A DNA stretch of 64,000 bases from a virus. Under the pieces are notes generated by a model, which saw only the letters and a program-made list of their open reading frames with translations, ran no database searches and had not been told where the DNA came from. The stretch is from IMG/VR virus record IMGVR_UViG_3300008119_000006, one strand, 5' to 3'. A program made the position numbers and the translations under genes. Every line of letters begins with the position of its first letter. Within the stretch, counting starts at the first letter, position 1. Shown one piece after another: positions 40,062 through 51,132 of the stretch.

Positions 40062-40383
40062 TCCTGAAGGACCATTCGATGCAATCTTTTTTATGCCGAC
40101 TGAAGAAGAAGGCCAAGTTCACATTGAAGCAAATCAATTAAAAGATCCGGGTGAACCAATTGGTGGAAATTATTTGGGTCACACTTACGAAGTTATTTTA
40201 TTTAAAGATGATGCTGTTGAAGATAAGTTGTACAATATTGACCGATTCGAAGCAATCTTCTTGGACCCATATGAATATATCTCCAATCTCTTACCACAAG
40301 AATGGTTTGGTATGGTTGTGAGAAAGACTACCACTTCTGGTGCCTTTGTACAACGTATATTTGACAAACTGCAAGAATCGTGA
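40030..40383 (+). CDS. Hypothetical protein
   Basis: Coupled ORF. Confidence 0.6.
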   Translation: MLDYLKKLKDDPEGPFDAIFFMPTEEEGQVHIEANQLKDPGEPIGGNYLGHTYEVILFKDDAVEDKLYNIDRFEAIFLDPYEYISNLLPQEWFGMVVRKTTTSGAFVQRIFDKLQES

Positions 40384-40389
40384 TATAAT
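40361..40389 (+). promoter_or_regulatory. sigma70 promoter upstream of rnh
   Basis: TTGACA, 17-nt spacer, TATAAT. Confidence 0.7.
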
Positions 40390-40417
40390 ATAATTTTGAA
40401 ACTATTGAAAGTTTGGT

Positions 40418-41257
40418 ATGATTCTCGTAGACTTAAATCAGGTATTACTTGCCGGCCTGATGGCACAAATTGCCAACCAAAAAGGTAAATTAGATGAGCA
40501 TTTAATCCGTCACATGGTATTAAATATCATCCGTAATCATGTGAAAAATTTTAGAGCAGAATATGGTGAAGTGGTATTGTGTTGTGACAACCGTAAATAT
40601 TGGCGCAAAGAATATTTCCCATTTTATAAAGCAAGCCGTAAGAAAAATCGTGATAAGTCCAACTTAGACTGGCATTTGATTTTTGATATGCTTGCCAAAT
40701 TTAAACAAGAACTCAAAGATAATTTCCCATACAAAGTGTTAGATGTTGAAGGCGCTGAAGCCGATGATATCATTGGTACATTGGCACCACGACAATCCGC
40801 ACATGAAAAAGTTTTGATTTTATCGAGTGATGGTGACTTCTTACAATTACAGAATTACCCAAATGTTAAACAATATAATCCATCACAGAAGAAATATGTG
40901 ATATCGGAGAAACCGATCCTAGAACTCAAGGAGAAGATTATTCGTGGAGATAAGGGTGACGGTATACCAAATGTACTTTCTTCTTCCGATTGTTTTGTCC
41001 GTGACCTCCGTCAAACTCCTATTACACAGAAGGTATTAGACAAATTAATGAGCGAGAGTTACCTAGAACAAAATGATACCGTCAAGGCTAACTTTATCCG
41101 TAATTCCACACTAATCGACCTCTCTTTTATCCCCACCGAGATTAGAGAGAAGATTATAAATACCTATGAAGAAACAAAGCCGGCTAAAGGCAAATTGCTA
41201 AATTATTTTATTGAGCATAAACTAAAGAACTTAATGGACGTAATTGAGGAATTCTGA
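40418..41257 (+). CDS. rnh: T4 RNase H / 5'-3' exonuclease
   Basis: YWRK..FP.YKA.R, EADDII, SSDGDF.QL, GDKGDGIPN. Confidence 0.95.
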   Translation: MILVDLNQVLLAGLMAQIANQKGKLDEHLIRHMVLNIIRNHVKNFRAEYGEVVLCCDNRKYWRKEYFPFYKASRKKNRDKSNLDWHLIFDMLAKFKQELKDNFPYKVLDVEGAEADDIIGTLAPRQSAHEKVLILSSDGDFLQLQNYPNVKQYNPSQKKYVISEKPILELKEKIIRGDKGDGIPNVLSSSDCFVRDLRQTPITQKVLDKLMSESYLEQNDTVKANFIRNSTLIDLSFIPTEIREKIINTYEETKPAKGKLLNYFIEHKLKNLMDVIEEF

Positions 41258-41682
41258 TGAAACACATCTATGAAGTTTTTGATGAATTTGAAATGGCTGA
41301 ATCCAAAAAAGAAAGAATGAATGTTATTGGAAGAAATTTGTCAAAACTGTTAGTAGAAGTTTTACAATTAACATATCATCCGGACTATCAATTCTTGATA
41401 AAAGAAATGCCAGAAAATTATGTTTTACCTACTGACCAATTACCGGGTTTAGGTAGAGTGCAATTATCAACCGAAATTCGTAAATTGTATTTGTTTAAAA
41501 AAGGCGATGATACTGCTGAGAGATTGACAGAAAGAAAGCGAAACGAATTATTAATACAATTATTAGAATCGCTTGAACCCCGTGAAGCAGAAGTTGTTAT
41601 TGGTATTTTTAGAAAAGACCAAGGTGTAAAAGGTCTTGATTATAAATTTGTAAAAGAGGCATTTCCACAACTATTACCTTAA
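41257..41682 (+). CDS. Conserved T4-like hypothetical protein
   Basis: IQLLESL..EAE....KD...VKEAFP.LLP pattern. Confidence 0.7.
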   Translation: MKHIYEVFDEFEMAESKKERMNVIGRNLSKLLVEVLQLTYHPDYQFLIKEMPENYVLPTDQLPGLGRVQLSTEIRKLYLFKKGDDTAERLTERKRNELLIQLLESLEPREAEVVIGIFRKDQGVKGLDYKFVKEAFPQLLP

Positions 41683-42050
41683 TGCAAAAAGATAGAATAA
41701 CTATAATTACAGGAACATTTGATCCTTTATCTGCTAATGATTTACTCTACATTAAAAAATGTCACCACAAAGGTGATTGGCTTGTTGTTGGTGTCCATAC
41801 TGATTGGTGGATGCAATGGGCTGAAGGTGGTTTTGTCCAGAACTATGAAACAAGAACAAATATTATTAAAGCAATTAAATATGTTGATGAAGTTTTTTCA
41901 TTCAATGATTCCGATGGTACAGTCTGTCAACTTCTCAAAATTGTTAAAATTTGTTATCCTAATGCCGATATTACCTATATTTCGCCAGAGGATATGCATA
42001 ATATGCCCGAAACTAAAATTAAAGGCATAACTTTTGAAACCATGAAATAG
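41682..42050 (+). CDS. Degenerate cytidylyltransferase-like protein
   Basis: TGTFDPL, LVVGV, IKYVDEV but lacks HxGH. Confidence 0.65.
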   Translation: MQKDRITIITGTFDPLSANDLLYIKKCHHKGDWLVVGVHTDWWMQWAEGGFVQNYETRTNIIKAIKYVDEVFSFNDSDGTVCQLLKIVKICYPNADITYISPEDMHNMPETKIKGITFETMK

Positions 42051-42292
42051 GAGATAGTAGTGACCAAATTTGTAGCTAAGTTTCGTAAGAACCAAGACTA
42101 TAACGAAGATTACAGTTATATGCCAAAGCGAAAACACAAGAATGAACATTCAGAGATTAAAAAGATGAAGAATCGGAATGTAGAAGAACTGTTGAGTGAA
42201 CTTGAAGATACAAGTTTACCAAAAGAAAACAGAAAATATTAACTTTTACAGCATAAGTAAGTATGCTGCCGTTTTAAGAATAGGATTATATT

Positions 42293-42865
42293 ATGGAGTT
42301 ATGGGGTGATTATATTAATAATCAAGGTAAACACTTATCGAAGTGGACTTGGTATATTCCTGCCTATGAAAGACATTTCTCAAAGTTAAAAAATCAATCA
42401 AACACTTTTTTAGAAATCGGTGTTTGGCAAGGTGGTTCTCTCGAATTATGGAGAAACTATTTTGGTCCTTTAACTAAAGTTATTGGAATTGATATTGATT
42501 CGAATTGTGCTCACCTTGCAACTCAAGGAACCAATATTCGTATTGGCAGTCAATCAGATACAACCTTCTTACAATCAATCGTTAATGAATTTGGTGTGCC
42601 AGATATTATTTTAGATGATGGTAGTCACAAAGCAAAAGATATTATTGCTTCATTCGATTTCTTTTATCCTTTAATGCCAAAAAACGGTGTATATTTTATT
42701 GAAGATGTACACGGCAAATGGGACACCGCAGAACAGTCTGTTGTATTAAATCACATTTTGAAAAAATATGGATGGGACAATACTTTTGCCATTTCCTTAT
42801 ATGATAGCATGATTTGTGTTGAAAAATGTGAATATGGCTGGAAAGAAAATGTTGCCAGACCATAA
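42293..42865 (+). CDS. Class I SAM methyltransferase
   Basis: LEIGVWQGGS, GIDID, IILDDGSH, YFIED. Confidence 0.85.
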   Translation: MELWGDYINNQGKHLSKWTWYIPAYERHFSKLKNQSNTFLEIGVWQGGSLELWRNYFGPLTKVIGIDIDSNCAHLATQGTNIRIGSQSDTTFLQSIVNEFGVPDIILDDGSHKAKDIIASFDFFYPLMPKNGVYFIEDVHGKWDTAEQSVVLNHILKKYGWDNTFAISLYDSMICVEKCEYGWKENVARP

Positions 42866-42923
42866 TGTTGTTTAGGTACAACAAAACCGCTTGACATCCT
42901 CTTGAGTTTGTAGTACAATGGTT
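42866..42923 (+). promoter_or_regulatory. Palindrome-linked early promoter
   Basis: TGTTG-N8-CAACA (42866-83), TTGACA, 17-nt spacer, TACAATGGTT. Confidence 0.75.
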
Positions 42924-42946
42924 TCTTCCTCTGGAGAAATTCATTT

Positions 42947-43288
42947 ATGATATACGGCTACATTCCAAAATCTAAACCAAAGAAGTTGACTAAAGCTCAA
43001 CAAGACCAAAAAACAGCGTGGTTGGCTGTCATCAATAAATTATCGTCAAAACGATATTCCCACTCTCCCTCGATTAAAATAAGTTTGCCAGTTAAACAAA
43101 TGGCTACTTACCACAGAGAAACTCCAAAAGTTGCGTCCTTGGATACCGGATTTATCGCTTGTACAAAGAAATTCGGAAATTCATATACAGGCGATAAAAT
43201 GAAAGGTGTGGCTACGATGCACAAATCAAATGCTGTGCCGGTTTTCACAGATGCAGAAGCAAAAGAAATTTCCAGCATGCGGAGATGA
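42947..43288 (+). CDS. Conserved T4-like basic protein
   Basis: YTG..MKGVATMHKSNAVPVF...ISSMRR. Confidence 0.7.
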   Translation: MIYGYIPKSKPKKLTKAQQDQKTAWLAVINKLSSKRYSHSPSIKISLPVKQMATYHRETPKVASLDTGFIACTKKFGNSYTGDKMKGVATMHKSNAVPVFTDAEAKEISSMRR

Positions 43289-43818
43289 TAAAAAATGAAT
43301 CCTAAAGGTTGGAGTGATGAAGATTGGGACGAATATGAGGAATATTTGCTCAGTTTGACTGCCAAAGAACTCGAAATTGAGTTAAAATTGCTTGAAACGC
43401 TCGGAAAAGCAAAAAAAGAAGGCAAAAATATTGTACCGAGCGAAACTTTTTATGAAATGTGAGTAAATTATGTTGCAACAATGGGAAGAAACACAGATAC
43501 ATAGAGGAATTGATGAAATTATGCACAATTTGCGTCATATTCCAGCTGATGATGTTGCGTATTTCTTGGTAAAGTTCAATCCGAATCTTGCCGAAGAGCT
43601 TGTAGCTGCAATTGAGCAGCGAATTTTCGATAAAAACGAAGGAAAAAAATATGAATGATAAATCTTATTATATTTGGCTTGATGCCAAAGCAGATGATGA
43701 TGAAATTCCTGCGTGGAAACGTTTAGATATTGTAATTCGCAAGTGGGCTGTGATTTCTGGATTGGAAAAAGACCTTTCCGACTACCAAAAACGCAAGGAA
43801 TTATACGAATAATCATCA

Positions 43819-43885
43819 TGTTGCTAAAAAACAACGCTTTTCCTGAAACCACTTGACGGTAAGCGATATATAGCGTATAATGGTT
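43819..43885 (+). promoter_or_regulatory. Palindrome-linked early promoter
   Basis: TGTTG-N8-CAACG, TTGACG, 17-nt spacer, TATAATGGTT. Confidence 0.75.
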
Positions 43886-43904
43886 CTATTAACTCGGAGA
43901 TTAT

Positions 43905-46064
43905 ATGGAACTTATTCAATCAAAATCATTACTTGCCAAACTTATGGCAACAGAAAATCTTATCGTTGAACAACGCAACGTATCAACTGCGTCATTCGAT
44001 GTCAAAAACCGTATATTGACGGTACCTGTATTAGACAAAAATATTTCTGGTTATCTTTATGACCTTTTCATGGGTCATGAGGTTGGCCATGCACTTTATA
44101 CTCCTCTCGATGGTTTAATCAAAGCCCACGAAGAAAAGATTCCAGCATCTGTAATGAATGTTTTGGAAGATGTTCGTATTGAGAAAAAAGTTAAAAACAA
44201 ATATCCTGGTATTCGTTCCAGCTTTGTTCGTGCATATCGTGAACTAATTGAAAAAGATTTCTTTGGTACCAACGGCACCGACCTTAATGATTTAAACTTT
44301 ATTGACCGTACCAATCTTTACACCAAAGGTGGTACAACACAAGGTATTAAATTTACCGACTATGAGCAAACCCTGATTCACCTTATTGAAGGAACCGAGA
44401 CCTATGATGATGTGATGAAGGTTGCTCGCCTTGTTTGCGACTATATGAAAAAGCAAGCCGAAGAACACAAGAAAAATCATCCTACCGAATTTGAAGAAGA
44501 TGAAGATGGTGACTATGAAGGTATCGATGCTGATGGTTATGATGATTCTGATGAATTTGATGAAGAAGAAGAAACTCGCAAAGATAATAAAAATTCTGGC
44601 GAAGAAAATCCTAACGCAAAAGAAGATGACCAAGATCCTGATGTAGATTCGGGCAATGAAGCTGGCGGCACTCAAGTTTCCGAAGAAGAATCTCTCGAAA
44701 TTAAATCCTATACTGATGAAGCATATCGTAAAAACGAAAGTAAACTATTTGCGACCGATGGCCGCACTCATTACTATGCCAATATTCCTAATATTAAATT
44801 AGAAGATGCAATTGTAAATCACAAATCTTTATGGAAACGTTTTCGTGAAGATGCCAAAAATGAATCAAAGCATTATAGAAGTGATGATTTTACCGGCCTC
44901 GACACAGAGAAATTTATGAAGTTGCGTAATGATTCCAAAAAAGTTGTTGGCTATCTTGCCAAAGAATTTGAATTGCGTAAAAATGCTGACCAATTGAAAC
45001 GTGCTTCTATTGCCAAAACTGGCGATTTGAACATGAGTAAGATTTATTCTTACCAGTTGACTGATGACATTTTCAAAAAGATGACAGTAGTGCCTGGTGC
45101 CAAATCACATGGTCTTGTAATGTTCCTCGATTGGTCTGGTTCTATGTCTGGCCACATGGAAAATACTGTAAAGCAATTAATTAATTTAGTAATGTTCTGT
45201 AAGAAAGTAAACATTCCTTATGATGTGTATGCTTTCTCTGCCGAACATGATGAACCATACAAACAAGCCTTAGTTGAAGGTGATGTTGTATTGCGTCAAT
45301 TTAAATTGTTGAATCTGTTATCAAGTAAGATGACTGCGGCTGAATTTACCTATGCCGGTTCTGCCTTAGTACAGATGTCAGAATATCGCTGTGGCTGGAG
45401 ACCAAACTGGTTGCAAAAAGGCGGCACACCATTGAATGAAGCCGTTATCTCTGCCATGAAGATTGTTCCTGAATTTCAAAAACAATATAAGTTACAAATT
45501 GTGAATACCGTATTCTTAACTGATGGTGAAGGCCATGGTCTTTCTGATGTTTTTTATAGAGATAACAAGGGTAATTTAAGAGATGGTTCAACCAATCAAG
45601 AAATTGATTATGATAGTATTAACTGGCGAGCAAAACGCCAAATGGTGTTGCGTGATCCAATTACCAAGAATCAAGAAATTATTGAGATTAACCGTGGTCG
45701 TGAATTAACTGCATCATATATAAAGATGTTGAAGTTGAGAACTAATTGTAACATTGTTGGTTTCTATGTATTGGCTGGTCGTGAGTTGGGTCGTGAACTG
45801 CATCATTTTTATCCTAATAACTATATGTTACATGATAAAATCAAAGCAGAGTTCCGTAAAAACAAATCATTGACTGTTACCAATGCCGGTTTCGATGAAT
45901 ACTATTTGTTGAAAACAGAAGCACTAGATACAGATGAAGATGTAACCTTTGAAGTGAAAGAGAATGCCACCACCCGTGGTCTGGTTTCAGCATTTAGTAA
46001 GTACGCTGGTAACCGTTTGAATAACCGTGTTGTATTAAATCGTTTTATAGGATTAATATCATGA
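43905..46064 (+). CDS. CobT-like VWA protein with N-terminal HExxH peptidase-like domain
   Basis: HEVGHALYT, NVLEDVRIE, acidic linker, DWSGSM MIDAS, GGTPL, LTDGE. Confidence 0.85.
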   Translation: MELIQSKSLLAKLMATENLIVEQRNVSTASFDVKNRILTVPVLDKNISGYLYDLFMGHEVGHALYTPLDGLIKAHEEKIPASVMNVLEDVRIEKKVKNKYPGIRSSFVRAYRELIEKDFFGTNGTDLNDLNFIDRTNLYTKGGTTQGIKFTDYEQTLIHLIEGTETYDDVMKVARLVCDYMKKQAEEHKKNHPTEFEEDEDGDYEGIDADGYDDSDEFDEEEETRKDNKNSGEENPNAKEDDQDPDVDSGNEAGGTQVSEEESLEIKSYTDEAYRKNESKLFATDGRTHYYANIPNIKLEDAIVNHKSLWKRFREDAKNESKHYRSDDFTGLDTEKFMKLRNDSKKVVGYLAKEFELRKNADQLKRASIAKTGDLNMSKIYSYQLTDDIFKKMTVVPGAKSHGLVMFLDWSGSMSGHMENTVKQLINLVMFCKKVNIPYDVYAFSAEHDEPYKQALVEGDVVLRQFKLLNLLSSKMTAAEFTYAGSALVQMSEYRCGWRPNWLQKGGTPLNEAVISAMKIVPEFQKQYKLQIVNTVFLTDGEGHGLSDVFYRDNKGNLRDGSTNQEIDYDSINWRAKRQMVLRDPITKNQEIIEINRGRELTASYIKMLKLRTNCNIVGFYVLAGRELGRELHHFYPNNYMLHDKIKAEFRKNKSLTVTNAGFDEYYLLKTEALDTDEDVTFEVKENATTRGLVSAFSKYAGNRLNNRVVLNRFIGLIS

Positions 46065-46726
46065 AAGATATAGCAACTTTTGTTGGTGAAGCTGGTAAAA
46101 TTATGGCCGTGATTTATGAAGGCGAAGGCTTTTGGAAAGTAAATTATGGAACATCCGAAGCACCAGCTTCTTTCAGTAAAGTGTTTATGACGGAATCTGA
46201 AGCAACTCAGTTTGCAGCAGACTATACAAACAAAAATTCTAAACCTACCTTATTGAGTGAGCAAAATGGAACTATCTAAATTTATGAATGGCGATAAGAA
46301 AGCCATTGTAGAAAGGTCGGAGTATAATTATACTATTGTATATTATCTGAATGACAAGGTAATTAAAAAAGAAGTTACTGCTGATTATCAAAAAGCTGAA
46401 GATTTGGCAGAAGATTATGTTTTGGCCGAAGAAAAGAAGGGGCCAAGTTTTTTAGTGGAGAAATGGAACAATGTCTAATATGGTTGCTGAAGATGAGTTT
46501 AATCCTAAGAAGATTGCTGATGAAATGATTAAACGTTGCCTTGATGCCAGAGAATGGCACATCAAGTGTTATGTGCAAGAAGAATGGTTTATTAACGGCG
46601 TTGTACCGTTTACAATTAGTATGAAAGATGGCTTATATACTTGCAAAGTAATTGCTTCCACGAAATTGGCAGCACTTAAAAAAGTGGAAGAATATATGCC
46701 TGTAATTAAATTTATTGAAGATCCAA

Positions 46727-47002
46727 ATGAACGATAAAATTAAAGAAACATTAATTATAACTCAAGAGGAATGTGCCGAAGTTATTCAGGCAGTTTCTAA
46801 GGTAATGAGATTTGGTTTTGATTCTTGTTATCCAACTGAAGATTCTGCTTCTACTAAAGAGTGTTTGACAATGGAAATGGGACAATTACTTTGTATGATT
46901 GGTATTTTGGTAGAACAAGGTGTTATTGATGAAGAAGCCATGGTTGCAGCAATGGAACACAAAAGGATAAAGTTGGAAACTTGGTCAAGCATTTTTAAAT
47001 AA
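46727..47002 (+). CDS. MazG-like nucleotide pyrophosphohydrolase
   Basis: QEECAEVIQAVSK..RFG...EMGQ (expected Asp replaced). Confidence 0.6.
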   Translation: MNDKIKETLIITQEECAEVIQAVSKVMRFGFDSCYPTEDSASTKECLTMEMGQLLCMIGILVEQGVIDEEAMVAAMEHKRIKLETWSSIFK

Positions 47003-47120
47003 TGGAAATTAAAGAATTAATAAACCGGTTACATACAATCAAAATGTGGACCAAACAAGATTCACAAGCTAGAATTTTATTAGATGAATTGATTAATCAT
47101 TTTAAATCGCAGTTACCTCA

Positions 47121-47972
47121 ATGACAAAAAAAATATTAGTAACTGGATCCGAAGGATATATCGGACAACACCTTTGTTCGCTTTTAGAACAACGTGATTT
47201 TGATGTACACAAATTAGATTCATATATTGAAGAACCTGGTGCTTATAAGTTTAAGGTAGATTTAAGAAAACCTCAGGACATTAAAAGTTCTGGTGTTATG
47301 TATAATGATTATGATACAATTATCCACTTGGCAGCTTTAGTGCAAGTAGGACAATCAGTAGAATATCCTACTGCTTACTATAATACAAATATCAATGGTA
47401 CAAATTGGTTGAGGAATATTGTATCACATAAGAAGTTTATTTTTGCCTCAACTGGTGCGGCTGAAGGTATGGCATCTCCTTATGCTATCTCAAAAAGAGT
47501 GGCAGAGCAGATGTTAATTGAACAAGAACCAAATTGTACTATCTTTCGATTCTACAATGTAATTGGTTCTGATGGTTTTGAACCTACTAATCCCGATGGA
47601 CTATTTTATAATTTAGTACAAGCAATAGAAACAGGTAAAATTACTATATATGGTGATGATTACGACACAAAAGATGGTACAGCAGTTCGTGAGTATGTTC
47701 ATGTAATGGATGTTTGCCGTGCTTTGATAGAAGCTATTGATAATCCATCTAAAAGTCGTTTTGAAAACTTGGCATACAATGATACAAGAACGGTCAAAGA
47801 GATTGTCCAAACTTTTATCAAAGTGAACAAAGTAAATTGTCAAGTTGAATATGCACCAAGACGGCCTGGTGATTTGGAATCTTGTTACTTAGAGAACCCG
47901 TCGCCGTTTATGAAAAGAAACTATACTTACGAAGAAATGCTAAAATGGAAACCCTTAAATTTACCGGAATGA
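47121..47972 (+). CDS. galE: UDP-glucose 4-epimerase-like
   Basis: TGSEGYIG, HLAA.VQVGQSV, YAISK, RFYNVIG, DGTAVREYVHV, RRPGD. Confidence 0.8.
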   Translation: MTKKILVTGSEGYIGQHLCSLLEQRDFDVHKLDSYIEEPGAYKFKVDLRKPQDIKSSGVMYNDYDTIIHLAALVQVGQSVEYPTAYYNTNINGTNWLRNIVSHKKFIFASTGAAEGMASPYAISKRVAEQMLIEQEPNCTIFRFYNVIGSDGFEPTNPDGLFYNLVQAIETGKITIYGDDYDTKDGTAVREYVHVMDVCRALIEAIDNPSKSRFENLAYNDTRTVKEIVQTFIKVNKVNCQVEYAPRRPGDLESCYLENPSPFMKRNYTYEEMLKWKPLNLPE

Positions 47973-48166
47973 TTATCTTCCTAGTAGGTGTTTATGCACT
48001 TATGAATGATGATGATTACCATAAAGAGTTTGACAAACCACACATAGTCCGTTATAATTGTGATAAGTTAATTGCTGGTTGGCATCCAGATGTTCCACCT
48101 GAAGTGATAAAAAAATGTCGTGACCCAAATGAAAGGACTGTCCGTGTTACAACCTATAAAGACTAA
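47945..48166 (+). CDS. Small membrane-anchored protein
   Basis: N-terminal TM; YNC....GWHPDVP.EV..KCR. Confidence 0.55.
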   Translation: METLKFTGMIIFLVGVYALMNDDDYHKEFDKPHIVRYNCDKLIAGWHPDVPPEVIKKCRDPNERTVRVTTYKD

Positions 48167-48410
48167 AATTCTCATTCAATTGGAGAATATGGAAAAAGAA
48201 CAAGTACTAAATTCTGGTATCGTTTTGACTACAAAAGACCAACACGAAGCCCAGCGAGCAAAAGTGCTGGCTGTTGGTCCTGCTGTAGAATACGTTAAAG
48301 TTGGTGATAGTATTATTCCTAATTGGAATGCTGCAGAACCTACAAAATTTGAAAAAGAAGATTACTTCCTTGTTAAAGAGGAAGAAGTCGTAATGATTGT
48401 TGAGGAGTAA
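48129..48410 (+). CDS. groES: GroES-like co-chaperonin
   Basis: LQPI..KILI, SGIVL, KVLAVGP...VKVGD. Confidence 0.85.
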   Translation: MKGLSVLQPIKTKILIQLENMEKEQVLNSGIVLTTKDQHEAQRAKVLAVGPAVEYVKVGDSIIPNWNAAEPTKFEKEDYFLVKEEEVVMIVEE

Positions 48411-48594
48411 TTATGGTAACCACTTATGATGAGATGTATATTGCCGTATTAAGAAAAGAACGTGAACACCTGTTGAGTTTACACGACCCGCACGCAGAAG
48501 GTACAGGTCATTTTAATACGGCAGCAGGTGTATTACTTCAACGAATTAAAGAAATTCAGGTCAAGAATGAAAAGTGGTCAGTTGAAGTTAATGA

Positions 48595-48708
48595 TTAACG
48601 ATACAAGGCTTGTGATTCTTTGATTTTACCATTGCGAGCTAAGTTAGCGGCATACTTGGCTTGACCAATTACACAGAGAAAAAAGTAGATAGATTTAAGT
48701 AGTTTCAT
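48595..48708 (-). CDS. 37-aa peptide on the minus strand (not in ORF track)
   Basis: TAAGGA RBS; MKLLKSIYFFLCVIGQAKYAANLARNGKIKESQALYR. Confidence 0.5.
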   Translation of the reverse strand: MKLLKSIYFFLCVIGQAKYAANLARNGKIKESQALYR

Positions 48709-49384
48709 TTTAATTCCTTATTAGTAGTTTCACTATTAGTGTTTATACTAGTATATAGGACAATAAGTATGACAGGAGAATGACATGACCACATTTACTA
48801 GTGAAGATAGAGAAGAAGCAGAGAAGCGCCAAAAAATTATGAATGACCTTCAAAACAAAGACCAAATGGAATTACCATTGGATTGGGAAGAAACTTCCTC
48901 TGCATGGCCATTTAAAGAAGAAGATATTTTAGAAGAACACGAAGTGCCAGATTTCAAAACTGAAGAATAAAAATGCGAAACGTAAAAACGAAACTTACCA
49001 TCCTAACCGCTCTCACGCTTCTGGTTTTTGCCAGCGCTTCCGGAGCTATTAGCCGTTATATTCCCACAATAACCGAGGATACGATTACTTGTCGGCCTCA
49101 AAAGGGTTCCTCTGAGGATCTGTGGACTTGCACAGACTATTATGGTAACCGATTTAAAAATTTACAAATCACTATTTTTATTAAATGATATTCTATAATA
49201 TCCTCGGATTATTCTTCACGTTTATGTGGAATACTTCTATGCTCGGCGGAACAATCTATCTCATTACAAAAGAAGATTGGTCTCCGTGGACCTTAGTGGC
49301 CACTCTCTTTTTCTTTATTCGTTGGAAAGAATGGACTCCGAAAGAACCAAAACAACCTGAAGCTTCTAAGATAATCACTCTTTA

Positions 49385-49864
49385 ATGACTGGAAAACCAG
49401 GTAAAAAATCGAATCTAGCCAAAGGCAGACATAGTTTCGATGCGGAGATAGGTGGAACTCTGGTACCTTTCCTTAACAGGAATATATCAGAATATCCCAC
49501 AGAGGCAGGCGCAGTTAAATTTGAACTGGTACCTGTAACTCAGCAAAAAGACATAATGATTAATCATGCTAGGATGTATGCCCAGCAAGAATATGATAGA
49601 ATTATGGAACTGGTTTCTGTATTACAAAAACAGGCTGATGATATTAAACGCAGATTGAATGTCACGGATGCTGTTCATGCCGCTGTGTACCAGTTTTCTC
49701 CAGTCATGGGTCATGTATATTGGTTAGTATGGGATAAGAGAAAACAACATATACTCTTAACACAGAATGGTCCAAAGGATTGGTCAAGTGGTGCTCCTGA
49801 AGATTATGAATATCAGACACAGGTGAAGTATATGGGTGACCACACATGGATGGAGATACAATAG
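49385..49864 (+). CDS. DUF2452-like protein
   Basis: YPTEAG..KF, A.YQF.PVMG..Y, P..W, D.TW. Confidence 0.6.
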   Translation: MTGKPGKKSNLAKGRHSFDAEIGGTLVPFLNRNISEYPTEAGAVKFELVPVTQQKDIMINHARMYAQQEYDRIMELVSVLQKQADDIKRRLNVTDAVHAAVYQFSPVMGHVYWLVWDKRKQHILLTQNGPKDWSSGAPEDYEYQTQVKYMGDHTWMEIQ

Positions 49865-50033
49865 AGTATGGTTCTAAATAAGACATACAATAGAACCGCT
49901 AAGTGGGACGTAGAAAATAATCGGTGGCGGATCGGAGAAACCACTCTCTACCAATGGTACACTAATGAAGAAAAATCTGCCTCTCCAATCTACTCAAACC
50001 TTACCGAAGCCCTCCAATGGATCATCCAACACG

Positions 50034-50789
50034 ATGAAAACCTATCGTAGTATCTTTATCTCAGATGTACATTTAGGTACCAGAGATTGTCAGGCCGATA
50101 AACTGAATAATTTTCTTAAACATAATACCTGTGATACTCTCTACCTTATTGGTGATATCATTGATGCTTGGAAGATTACTCAAAACAAATGGCGGTGGCA
50201 ACAATCTCATTCCAATGTAGTTCGTAGAATCCTTGGTCATGCAAAGAGAGGTACCAGAGTAATCTATGTTGCTGGTAACCACGATGAATTTCTACGACCT
50301 ATGATACCCTATGGATTCTCTTTTGGTACCATAGAGATACACAATCAAACTGAACATATCGATGCCAATGGTAAACGCTTTCTGGTTACTCATGGTGACC
50401 TATTTGATGGTATCTCTAAGTTGGCTCCGTGGTTGACTTTCCTTGGTGATAAACTGTATGATATGATACTCGGATGGAACTCGAAATTCAATTCTTTTCG
50501 TAGACGCTTTGGATTAGGTTATTGGTCATTGAGTAAGTACCTCAAATATAAAGTAAAATCCTCCGTAGACTTTCTGTTAGGCTTTGAGAAGAATATCTCT
50601 GAATACTGTAAGAAACGTGGCTTTGACGGAGTTATCTGTGGACATATACACCATGCTGAGATAAAAGAGATAGACGGCATTCTCTATATGAATGACGGTG
50701 ATTGGGTAGAATCGTGTACCGCTCTGGTAGAACACCATGACGGGACATGGGAGATTATCCATTGGACTAAAGAACAGGACGCATCGTAA
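50034..50789 (+). CDS. LpxH-like metallophosphoesterase (UDP-2,3-diacylglucosamine diphosphatase family)
   Basis: ISDVHLG, GDIID, GNHD, HGD.FD, CGHIH, NDGDWVES. Confidence 0.85.
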   Translation: MKTYRSIFISDVHLGTRDCQADKLNNFLKHNTCDTLYLIGDIIDAWKITQNKWRWQQSHSNVVRRILGHAKRGTRVIYVAGNHDEFLRPMIPYGFSFGTIEIHNQTEHIDANGKRFLVTHGDLFDGISKLAPWLTFLGDKLYDMILGWNSKFNSFRRRFGLGYWSLSKYLKYKVKSSVDFLLGFEKNISEYCKKRGFDGVICGHIHHAEIKEIDGILYMNDGDWVESCTALVEHHDGTWEIIHWTKEQDAS

Positions 50790-51100
50790 TCCTTCTTGGC
50801 CGGTCCTAAAAAAAAATTTCGAAATACTGATTCCGGCCTAAAAAAAACTTTTTGGATTTAAAGTGTTTGACCTGGTACGGACTTTTTTTTACCTATACGG
50901 ATCAACTGCTTGCCGGCGCTTTCTCTCAGCGCCTCTCTGAGCTGCTCTATACCCCCTCTGCGTCTCCTGTCTGGTTTCCATGCGTCCTGCCTTATCCCCT
51001 GTACGCCTCGCCGTGCGTCCCGAAGCGTCCCAATAATACTTGACCACCCCGCTACAGTATTATCCTCAATAAAATCAACCACTTACCGCATCAAAAATTA
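50790..51100. other. GC-rich, pyrimidine-skewed non-coding block (possible terminus/pac/origin)
   Basis: A/T homopolymer runs, repeated CCGG(T/C)C(C)TAAAAAAAA, then C/T-rich tract; no credible ORF. Confidence 0.45.
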
Positions 51101-51104
51101 ACGG

Positions 51105-51132
51105 TTGACAATTTCGGTGGTTCGTGTATACT
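51105..51132 (+). promoter_or_regulatory. sigma70 promoter opening the early region
   Basis: TTGACA, 16-nt spacer, TATACT. Confidence 0.7.

Noticed and set aside
50852-51101. ORFs 50852-51043, 50858-51082 and 50910-51101
   Set aside because: No RBS and atypical composition; by-products of the GC-rich non-coding block.
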